In this document: in pieces, positions 1-10,363 of the stretch
Layout of the letters: the number at the start of each line of letters is the position of its first letter
Numbering within the stretch: the stretch's first letter is position 1
From: Leidyana gryllorum EB-2025a
Lineage: Eukaryota; Protista; Apicomplexa
Reading direction: 5' to 3'
Length of the DNA: 64,000 bases
NCBI GenBank assembly: GCA_048772705.1
Contig: JBLWGC010000140.1
Location: 248,001-312,000 of the forward strand
Program-made: the position numbers and the translations under genes
The notes under the pieces: model-generated
Database searches by the model: none
What the model saw: the letters and a program-made list of their open reading frames with translations, nothing else
Told to the model about the DNA's origin: nothing

Positions 1-1593
1 CACACGCTTGTCGACCCCAAAGACTGCGCGAAAGTCCCGACTGACAGTCGATCCGCCATGCCTGCAGTGTTCGAGTCCTCCCCAAGTAGTTGATTGAAAC
101 TCGCTCTCCCACCCCATGTGCCACCATGTAGGTACAGACAGAATGCGCACAAGACACAAGTACGTGGACCGTCATCCATCTCCCAGCATAAGCAGAATGT
201 ACAACTCACATAGTTCTTCCAGTCTCGGAAGAGTCCAGAGAAGAAACCCAAAGCCGTCTTGGTGAATATTGCCTGAAAGTGTATGTTGATTGGTGAGATT
301 GCAAGTCGCGACTTACCTCGGTATCATCGCGCGCGAAATTCTTGACGAGAAATCTGCCACCCGTTTCGTTGGCGCTATCCTCCCAAATGGGTCTGATGCC
401 TTCTCGGCAGAAAGCTATAACCGAATTTGGGGGAAGAGTGTTCCAGTCGAGCATTCGATGGAACTCAAAGAATTCGGAGACACGGGTGAAAATCCCGATT
501 TTATGCATGCCTCCTTCGTATACTTCTTTATTGATCCCCTTCCGGGCTCCGCCCGATGGGAGTGTATACCAAATCTCAAACCGTTCGTGGAAGATTACGT
601 CGCCATCTTCCTCGGTCATGTGACCCTCGAGGGGTCGCGCAGTCTCCGATATTTGGGACGCGCATTCAGTGTCGCTCGGGGGCTCAGATACAGCATCTAT
701 CGAGGATGTTGTTGTTGGAGGGGGTGGATTGGTGGAGTAGGCGGCGGATTCGGGTTCAGAAGTAGGAGTTTCGGGTTCGGGTTCGGCAGGCCAGCCTCGC
801 ATTCGACCTTCAAAGGTGGCTGGGGAACGGCTACGACTATCATCGGTCGCCTTGGTGTGTTTGTGGAAGGGCGGATCAGCGGGTTCAGGGGGATGTATCG
901 TTGCCGCAGTCGGCGGCTCCGAGGGAAGGCTGATGGTGGGGGCTGATGAATTTTGGGATGTGGGAGTGGAGTCTTCAGGGGCAGAATCGTTTGAGCAGGT
1001 GGAAGGATCCTCTTCGATAATGGAAGACGAGGGAATGGAAGTGGAGGACTCAGTAGAGGAGAGGGGAGCTGCTGCCTCCTTCTGCTGCTGCTGTTGAGCA
1101 GTAGCCAGAGAGGAGGTCTGTCTAGGCCAGTCAAGCAATACCTCGAGGGAGGATATGCCAGCGAATCGTCGTTTTCTCGGGGCGTCCGGGTTGTTAGCAG
1201 GAGTGGCTGGTGGTTTCGACGACGGCGGCGGAGTGGCCATAGAGGCCGCGGCGTGTCCACGAGACGCGCCTCCTCGGTAGGATGAACTTGCGTTCATACG
1301 GCGGTTACCACCCGCTCCGCGTCTACCATGATGTCTTGAGGAAGCTGGAGATTGTCTGTCGTTGGAATATGCGTCCATAGCAGCAGCCGTCGCGCGCATG
1401 GAGCGGCTATAGCTGTCAGTGCTGCAGGGACGGGGTCGGAGAGCCTCGCCGCGAACGGTTTCGGGTTCGACCTGGAACTCGTCATCTGACTGAGAGGAGA
1501 TAAGGAGATAGTTTGCCTCTGTACACTCACCACTTCAATTTCAGACCACAACTTCCCCGTAGTTTTGGATAGAATAGTGTCCGTGGACATCAT
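1..1593 (-). CDS. eIF4E-family cap-binding protein with long disordered N-terminal extension; multi-exon, 3' end unresolved and probably running off the window
   Basis: ORF 206..1399 ends in an IF4E-type core (FEIWYT...YEGGMHKIGIF...GIRPIWEDSANETGGRFLV). An upstream exon from ATG 1593 splices in-frame via a GTGAGT...CTCAG intron, and a GT-AG intron at 273-316 continues to AIFTKTALGFF. Confidence 0.8.
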
Positions 1594-1867
1594 TTGGAGT
1601 GACTTGGTTGGAACCTCGTTTCAATGGACAGCGAAAAAACCCAAGTAGATTAAAAATCTACTTGACAATGCAAGAGGGACTAGCACGAGACTTGGCGCAG
1701 CAAGAGGGGATTAGAGGCTATTGAGCGTGAGAGCGGTTAATCACGAATGCTTTCCCACTGGGAGTGATGCGATAGTTCGGAGTAAAGTGGCGGGAACCAA
1801 AATTTTGTTTTCTTAACCATCATTCAAGCAAACACGACACAACGATAGCGCTCCACACGTCTCTATC

Positions 1868-4256
1868 CTACGCCCAGAGTGCCAATGTACCGTCTTGATG
1901 CCCTGTCATAATCCAAGGTTGACTTGGATGCCATGCTACAGTTCGAACGCCCGACAAGTTTGACTGTTTTCAGATAGAGTGTCAATTAACCCTTTACATT
2001 TACACTCACCTCTTCGCCTCCCAACCGAATTAACGGTACAATCGTCACTTCTCCCAACACTCCCTCGTCTGTATTGGCATGTAACAGCTGTACATGACCT
2101 TTCGCGGTACCCACGGCTACCAATGGCAGCTTGTTGTGCAGAGACACCGACTCCAAACTCGTTCCGGAAGCCACTCTGAAGATACAAACGAACAGTCAAT
2201 GCGTCTAAACCCCTCTGTCTGCAACTTACTCGACAACTTTATAGGGGAGCGCTCCGAACTCGAAATCGAACCAGCCCAATTTACCGTCCACAGTGGTACG
2301 AACCAAATGCTCACCACTCGGATGGCAGCACATCGGGCCCGCTTCATCAATACCTCTGAACTTCTTCTGTAGGCTTCCCATGTCATCTTTGGTCTCATCC
2401 GCGTGCTTCTGTTGAAGAGAGTACACACGTGTGCTCTTGGTGAAACCCAAACACAGCCAAGGCTCTGTGGGATGGAATCGCACACTGTGCAATCTGTCAC
2501 TGCGCGTAGATCTCCGAAGAGGTGACAGCGAAGTCTTCTTCTTCAGACTATGCAGCAGACACTGATGGGTGATGGCTGAACACTCTGGACTGGCTGTTGC
2601 AATGTAGAGCCCTTTGTGATGAATGTGAAGATCTGCTGCCGGTCCGCCCAGATTGACCACAAATCCATTGACAATCACGCGATTTGAGGTCAATAGATCG
2701 ATGAATTTGACAGTCTCAGTCCAATCTTTCGATTTCAACACCTCATGACCCGTAGTCTCATCTTCACTCAGCTCAGTCGCAATCTCTGCCTCAGAGTCCA
2801 CCTCATCCCAACCCTCAAAAAAGACCTTTGATTTGAACTGTCTCCAAGCCTTGCTGCCGCCAATCGTTTTCGGACGATTGGAGAAGGCCTTCCCATTGCC
2901 ACCCACCAACTCAATCTCTTTTTCGTCAGCCATCATCAAACGAGCAGCCTTTTCGTATGTGGCCATGGACAGGGCAGAGTCGCTGGGATCTTCTTCGTCC
3001 TGGCTGCGATAAATCTGCTGAAGAAGCTGACGCAGTTTTTCGACGCCAGTCTCCGGTCTTCGAATCAGACACACAAAGAGATAGCGAGCCCTGGTGAACG
3101 TGAGAATGGGGAGAGTGGGGTGCCATTGAATGTTGGATATCTTGTAGTGGAAACCACGACTGGAGGATTTGAGGTAAAGCAACGGAATCGAGAACGGCGT
3201 AGTGGCAGTGTCGAAGATGCCGAGAGAACCGTGCAAACAGCCGGCTGCAACCAAAGTGCCGCCTGACGAAAAGGCGCAAGAGCTGACTGCGCTCCCATTC
3301 TCTCTGAGAACGAGACGCCGTCTCTCTGGGAAGGGGCGAAGCGAATCCAGGTTGCGCAGTTCTGGCAACAACTCTGCAGAGGTTTCGAACCACTCTTTCC
3401 TCGCCACGCGAGGGCACAGATACAGATCCAAACAACGCTCGAACCGGTCCCGCAAAGCCCTCTCGTAGCCCGGGACGTGACGGAGGCTGGCGAAACTTTG
3501 GGGAACAAAGTCCAACTGGCGATCGTCGGGATGCTGAGTCTCCCACTTCTCTTCTTCAGCCTTTGTCCAAAGATATTCTGACGGAGGATTATACGAGGCA
3601 GCGTGGCCAGGAGGCATCTGTTTGGGCGCCGGGAGTGTGGGAAGACGGTGATCGGCTTCTCCATCGGCGTCGTCCCAGAGATCATAGACGATGGTCTGCT
3701 TTTTGGTCGGAGGCTTGTAGAGTCTGCCGGTCCGAATCAACTTGAGGAAGTGCAGAATCTTCTTCTCTTCGTGTTTGGAAGGCAAGAAACTCGCTTTTTT
3801 CAATGGTTTGTCAACCAATGGCATTTTGCCTTCATTGAATTCGTACTCCACCTGGAAGTCGTCATCATTCAATGGCGAGACGCCCAAACGACCCTCGCGG
3901 ATTCGCTTAATAATCTCCAGATCAGAAGCCGATAGAACGGTGCTGGTCTGATTTTTCACATCAACTATCGTTCGCCAAGCGTCAGGATTATCAGCCGCCT
4001 CAATCAGTCTGTCCAGTTCGCTTTCTGTGAGCTTGAATTTCTGAGCTATCTTCTCTCCACTTATATCATAACCAATGTGATCGTGGTCCTTATACCACTC
4101 CAATGGAACGTTCCCAATTCGGTTCACTTCAGCCTCCTCATCGCTTTCCAGCAAATCCTCCCCTTCGAATCTGTTCAGAACCAACTTCTTTGACACCACT
4201 TTGTCCTCCACAGCCTTCGATTCCCCTCTCAATAGCTTCCGGCTAGGGGCCACCAT
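1868..4256 (-). CDS. BOP1: Ribosome biogenesis protein BOP1/Erb1 (BOP1NT + WD40)
   Basis: Motifs NRIGNVPLEWYKDHDHIGYDISGEKI, PGHAASYNPPSEYL and RFERCLDLYLCPR. Two short 3' introns lead to the final WD repeat VAWHPSQPWIMTGHQDGTLALWA*. Start taken at MVAPSRK (ATG 4256). Confidence 0.93.
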
Positions 4257-4517
4257 CCTTTTTTCAAACGTTTTTTTGCACAATATGGAACTGGGTGTCC
4301 TGCACTCAGAGGCCTGCAGAAGGGGGGAACTCAAACTCAGTGTCGAAGAGGCCACAAAGCTCAATGAAGTGAGATCTGCCTGTGTAACTTCACCACATAT
4401 ATAACTTGTTGATCTCAAAAGTGGCTAGCTAACTCCTCTCCAAATGCCGCATGGAGGTTCGCACGTGTACCTGAACTACATAGAAAGGGCATACACCTGC
4501 CCCCTCCTACTCTCACT

Positions 4518-5993
4518 ATGAGACCTGGAGTTGGTAAAGGCAGAAGAGCTCTCAACCCTGATGGGACCGCAGGCACCGCAGGCGGCGCCAAGGGCAAATC
4601 GAAGGTAGGTGCCACAAGCGCCCCCAGCTGTGCTGTACACACACGTGTGTGTGAGACGTCTCCATCTATACCGACTTCCCTCCTCCGCGATTATTGCCGC
4701 CTTGGCACTAAATGTGCCCTAGGCCAATTTCTTCCCTCGTTTCATGCCTTGTGCCACTCCCCCCAGTCCCTTCTGGGAGCCTTTCTTCACCCCAATTTGC
4801 TACAGATGACAGAGTGGGGAATGACTTTCCATCGACTACTTCTGCAACTGATGCAGCAAGAGGCGACCCGCCCTTTCGTCGACCATTTGCCCCATAAAAG
4901 CGAAGCCATGGCGACTGGGAGTGCAGGCGGCAGTACAGTGGGGGGTGGACCGGCGAGTGGTGGGCGGACTCGGAGAACCGGAGAGCCTCACTTGACTCGA
5001 AATTCGACTGGAGCGCAGCAGCAACGTGAAATGCATACTCAAATTCAGCCGTGTCTCGACTTGACGAATATGAGCCTTAAGGCGATTGTGAACAAGTTGG
5101 AGAACGGCCTATATATGAACGCCCTTGAGGTTTTCAACGAGTTGTTTAATTACTTTCTGGCTGGCTACCGTCATTACCCGCCGGCTTCAGCTCCGTGGGT
5201 TCGATTACATCAGACAGCACTGAATTTCCTGAGTCTTGTTGCTGCCTCTCCCCTGAAGGATGACTTTAACGGGCCGCCATCGGTTGTGCAGGCTGAAGAG
5301 CCGCCCCCGAAACCAGTTTCGTCGGGACCTAAGAGCGTGAAACCCGCTACCAGAGTGAAGAGGAAGCGAGAGAAGCCGGCTGGAGGCATCAAGCGGCCTC
5401 GAGACCCTGCACGTGTGAGCAAGAAGAAACAGCCTCAAGTGGACGCGGATGGCCAACTGCCAGTGAAGAATCGGGAGAGACGATCGTTCCAGCGGCTTGT
5501 GCAGGCGCTTCCAGTAGAGTTACATCGGGAATTGTACGCTACGTTCCAAGATAAAGGCATCTGGCGAGAGCCCCAACCCAGCCATGTGGAGCTTGATGAG
5601 GAAGCCACATCTGCCGCGGTCTTCCGGGAAATGATGGCATGGTGTGCTGCCAGGGCGTCACGGAAGCGGCCGCGTCGGGACCCACAAAGTGTGTTCCAAA
5701 CTTCAGGAGGCACCGAGGATGCGACAGCGAAACGTATGAGAGCCTCAGCAGATGGGGGGCAGGGTGCAGAGGGTGGGGGTGGGCCTACGACGCCTTCTCA
5801 GCAACAAAGCTCAACTCAGAATATTGAGGAAGGCGAACACCCTTCAGGAGGCAGTAGCTTCCAAGATGCAATGCTTAATTGGGCTGATAGTTCTGAAGAT
5901 GAAACCTCTTCCAGCGAGTCAAGTGGGTCATATTCCAGCAGTGAAGGGGAAGAGGAGGGCGACGATGAAGGGGATCAGTCATCACAGCTGTAG
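4518..5993 (+). CDS. Bromodomain protein with ET/NET-like C-terminal domain
   Basis: Bromodomain-like helices (LMQQEATRPFVD...MSLKAIVNKLENGLYMNALEVFNEL) and an ET-like segment (RERRSFQRLVQALP...VELDEEATS), followed by an acidic tail. A probable intron at ~4605-4805 happens to be read through in the ORF track. Confidence 0.7.
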   Translation: MRPGVGKGRRALNPDGTAGTAGGAKGKSKVGATSAPSCAVHTRVCETSPSIPTSLLRDYCRLGTKCALGQFLPSFHALCHSPQSLLGAFLHPNLLQMTEWGMTFHRLLLQLMQQEATRPFVDHLPHKSEAMATGSAGGSTVGGGPASGGRTRRTGEPHLTRNSTGAQQQREMHTQIQPCLDLTNMSLKAIVNKLENGLYMNALEVFNELFNYFLAGYRHYPPASAPWVRLHQTALNFLSLVAASPLKDDFNGPPSVVQAEEPPPKPVSSGPKSVKPATRVKRKREKPAGGIKRPRDPARVSKKKQPQVDADGQLPVKNRERRSFQRLVQALPVELHRELYATFQDKGIWREPQPSHVELDEEATSAAVFREMMAWCAARASRKRPRRDPQSVFQTSGGTEDATAKRMRASADGGQGAEGGGGPTTPSQQQSSTQNIEEGEHPSGGSSFQDAMLNWADSSEDETSSSESSGSYSSSEGEEEGDDEGDQSSQL

Positions 5994-6057
5994 TTATATG
6001 TGTGTGTTGTGAGAAAGAATGTCGTCTCCCATTGCGCCCTTGATGTAAGTTGGGAGT

Positions 6058-9000
6058 ATGGATCGGACCCCACCGCGCAAAAACGCGCCATCACAGACTT
6101 TCCAGGACGACCCACAACATCCGATCCGGTCCGTAAATCTGACCCGGAAACTCCAAAGCACATCATGTAGGCGGTCGATTCTGCGCGCACCGAGTGATCA
6201 TCAGCCGAAGAACACACGTCGCTCTGTTTCATTCAGTTGCATCAAGGAAGTGCGCTACGTCGACAACTCCCAGCACGTGTAAGTCTATCGAATCAATCTC
6301 CGTATACATGACTCCCTCACTCGTTCTCCAATGCTTCTGTGGTGCCAATGTCAACGTGTTGCTGTGTTGTCACTGTCACTGTCAATGTCACTGTCAATGT
6401 CGATGCAAATGCTGAGTGTGCTCGTGAGAGGAAGTCTGCTGCTACCGAAGTGTCCCGCCGCGCTAGCTGGAGCTCACGTCTCCGTCTCCGCCTCCGCCTC
6501 GCAGCCTGTGGCATCTTTGGCGTGAGTTAGCGTGGACGCTATCGAAGAGCGCTTTCTGTGGGTTTGAGGACCAGTGGTCATTGATTGGGTCACCCCCGCC
6601 CGTACTTGTCTGCTATATGTTTGTTGATGCTTTGCTTAGCCAAGCCCCGCCCGAGGAGACCCATAGAATGAAGTTGACACCCATCTCGGAGTCTGCCTCG
6701 CCATCGATGTTGATAGCTGCCTCAATGGGGACGCTTGGGGATGTGGAGGGCAGAGATAACAACGAGGGAGAGGTTTCTCTGTCTGCCAGCAAGCGGAAAC
6801 GAGGATCCTTATCAGTGTTACCTCACGATCTCACTGTCGCACCTCTCCCACACTTTGGCTCTGAGGTGAACACAAGTCGGTTGGTGACGTCCGGATCTGC
6901 TGCCTTTCCAGGACGAAGCTGGCGTTGGTACCTATAGCGGCGTGGGTAGCCAAATTGACATGGGTACAGGTGTTGGAGGGAGCACCCCTCTTTTCCCCGA
7001 CGCCTCCTCTTTGTTTGCAGAGGGTCTGAAAGGGTCTCGATCGCCAGTGCCTAAACTGGGGAGGCCTGGAGGGTTATCTCCGTCGCCCGCTCGGCCCAAT
7101 ATCAATCGTCCGAAACGTTCCGTCATGTCAATAGCCGGGGGGCCTCCCGCCCCCCTTCACACTCGTTTCCGATCCTCCCTTCTGCAGGTTAATGGCGAGC
7201 TTGCCTTCGACCCCGACCTCGATGATGAGGAAAGCAGCAACTCGCAGTCTCGGGAGGAGCAGATCTCCCCGGATTACATGGGGAGACCGCCGAATCCCAG
7301 ACCCCCATCTAATAACACTCACTCCCGTCCTCAACCCCTAATGCCGCCGACGCTCACTCAAGCCTCCCCACCAACTGCCAACTCCATAGTTAGCATGTCG
7401 GTGAGCGATTTTCTACCGCCAGGCAGAGGCGGGAGCTCCGACGACGAACAAGACTCTTTCCCACTATCGTCCGCACCACCTCCTGCCCCCACACCTCCTA
7501 TACACCGGCGCCGGAAACGCAGCCAGACGTGGGCTTCCAAGAGTCCCGCTCCCCACCCTGCGAGCGCTGAAGGCCAGAAACGTCGTCAACGCACCGATGG
7601 GGGAGGCACTGGCGAGTCGTCTGCCGACATCGAAATGGAATCCACCCCAAAGAATGCGACAAAATCCCGGGATCACGACAAACCGAGCCACCATCGCTTA
7701 TCGGAAACCCCAAAGAACGGTTCAGACGAGGCCGTGGCGTTCCGCGGACTGGAGAGCCCTGACTTCACGAAACCCATCCCCCCCATACCAGCTCGGTCTC
7801 CTCGAAAGACGCTTGGGGAGAATCTAGCGGATGCTGGCACCGCCGCGGGGGGCTGCGCCGATATGCACCCTCGCTCGAATGAAGGAGAACGGCCCGATAT
7901 GAAGCCAACGAGCAAAGTGGAGGGACGAAATCATGAACAATGTCGACGAGATCTTCCTTCAGATCAGGATTCTCCAGAGGTGGAGCTCAACAGTAATCCG
8001 TCTCCCCCAACCCTAATGGCCCCAGAACAAGAGAATGAACCGCCTCCTCCGCCCCAGCAACGACGGCCCAAACCCCCCAAAGCCGAGAATGTATTGGGCG
8101 TCAGGCCGAGCACCAGAGCGCCTGTGAAAATACGCGCAAAAGACTTTATCCTCACACCCAAACAAGCGGAAAAACAGAGGTCGCCGCCTGAACCTTTCGT
8201 TCCCAGCTCAGCCTTACGGCGACCCCCAGATGACAATCGTGCCGGTCTATTCGAGCTCCTCGGACTCGGAGCTGTGCTGCACGACTGCAAACGGGCCTGC
8301 AATGAGTTAGCCGAGATGTCTGCACAGGAAACAAACGCAACCCAACCTTGGACTGTCAGCCTTCGGTCGCTCCTGGATCCGGATACCAAAATGCTTCAAG
8401 AGTTCGCAACCCAACTCGGGTACAATATGGCCTGTGAGATTGTCGAAGAACGTGCCATGGGATTCTTGGAGACCTACCTCGCCCAGGTCGCCTCAAAAAA
8501 CTATGTTGAGCTCATGATTCAGCTCAAAGGTATACTCGCTCAAGCAACACTGCGCTCACGACTGGAAATGGATAATGCGCTGGATCAAGTCCGTGAAGCA
8601 TTCCGAATCAAAGCCGATATTGCAGAAGCGCACTGTGCAGCTATGTGGCAGAAAGTATTCGCCAGACAAATCACTGTCAGCACAATCACCTTAACCCACT
8701 CCTTCATCAGAGTAAGTCAATATTCTGCCATCTCTCAACCACAATACATTTATCACTCAAAAGGAAATCAAAGACAAACTCGGACGGGACACCATAATGC
8801 TAGAGGCCAAACGGGTAGAACTCGACCAACTCAAAGAAGCACTATCGAAAGTAAGTCCTCTCTCAGCCAAAATCCATCCAGTCTTCTCAACGCAGTCGTT
8901 GAAACAACGACGATCAAAAGAACAGCTGCTTGAACTCTGGCAACGTTCACTAAATGTGTACGAGGCTCAGCGACTTGAAGCGGAGCGTAGATTGACCTTC

Positions 9001-10317
9001 GCACAATCCAAAGCGGAGGAGCTTGTCGAGGAACGCTCGAAGATCCACCAACAGCTCCAGTTCACTCGCCAGCAAGTCAGTGAAGGACGCCGCCGGTTGG
9101 AATTTCTCAAGGTATTGATTTCTACACATCACTTTCAGAATCAATTGATCAATTTTCGCAGACAACTCTGGAACGTCTTGCTCGATCCAAATTGGCTGCA
9201 GACGTTGGTCAAAATTGGCGAGCCTCCTCCCTATTGGGATCAAAAGCCGATCAGATCGTTATGGCCATAGACACCCATCCCATACTGGGACGAATCAATC
9301 CGTTTGCATTTGTTTGTCATCAATTGACCGGCGGAGGGGCTGCCAATGTGGAGAAAGATAAAGAAGTCGGCTACTTACGCAGCCAGATCGTTGTAGAAGC
9401 GATCAAAGCGGCTAAAGACGACAATATATACACCCTTGTGAGTGTGTGCGAACACGGAGACATGATGTTGCACCGCAGTGTCTGCCTAGTTGGAAACTTA
9501 CCTTTGGAGCCATTGGAGGTCGAGTGGCCTTGACAAATGTACAAATCCGATCCATGGCATGTAATTACGCCCCCGCTCCGTCCATAAGCTTGGGGACTCC
9601 CGAAATGGTGGAGGTGGAGAGCCTCCGTCGTTTACTCAGTGTTTTTGGCTCCCTTGCTCAATGGACGGTAGGGCGCTACTTGGGTAAGTTGGACTGACAA
9701 TGTGATCTGAGGAGGGTCTGCTGTTCACATCTTTTGAGACTGTATTTTCACAGAGGCTGGTGGGCAACCAGGCACGACCCTGGCGGCATTTGCTTGGCTT
9801 TGTCTCGGTAATGTGAGAAGGATTGTGGAGGAGGTGCAAAATCTGCGGCGCGAGTTTCTCATATTTAGAAGCGAGTACTTAAGGTTCAGCCCTCCAACTG
9901 CGGGCGAGAGCTCAAAGGATGCTTGTTTTTCTGGTGAGTGGGGTGCGAGTGCGGCTGCTGTGTTTGTTGATATCGGACGCAGTGCATATCTATGCAGAAG
10001 GAAGTGAAGTGCAGTTGATAGTCCGTTTTCTTTTGGACAATGCAGCCAATGGATCGAAGTCATTAACACATACAACCACGCAGGTGAGTTGAGCTTCACA
10101 CGTCCGAGGACGAAGTGTTCCGCAGGTTGATGTACAGCGAGCGCTGAAGCACGGGTCATTAGCAGCCAGTGCCACCTTCATGGAGTTCCACGAGTTCGCG
10201 CCCGGTTTGCCACTCATTGGGCGGTCCAGCGTAGCTGAGCTGCAGCCCTATCGTAGACGAGTGAAGAGTTTGAGTGAACTAGCACGCCTGATGTTGAGCA
10301 AGGTGGTGGCTCCCTAA
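6058..10317 (+). CDS. Candidate outer-kinetochore scaffold, KNL1/Spc105-like (multi-exon)
   Basis: Exon 1 (6058-6278) encodes SILR and RRSVSF. Phase-compatible introns 6279-6639 and 6866-6911 join it to ORF 6942..8933 (disordered, Ser/Pro-rich), followed by coiled-coil exons (8797..9270) and a folded C-terminal region. The 3' exon structure is approximate. Confidence 0.55.
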
Positions 10318-10363
10318 CACACAATGAGAAATTAGTTTAAAACTGTTTTTGGGAGCTATAGTG

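Noticed and set aside
290-946. 218-aa + strand ORF
   Set aside because: Antisense to the eIF4E-like CDS, with a non-ATG start.
6317-6530. Short ORFs with poly-Arg or (TGTCAC)n-derived repeats
   Set aside because: They lie in the inferred 6279-6639 intron, and low-complexity sequence explains the open frames.
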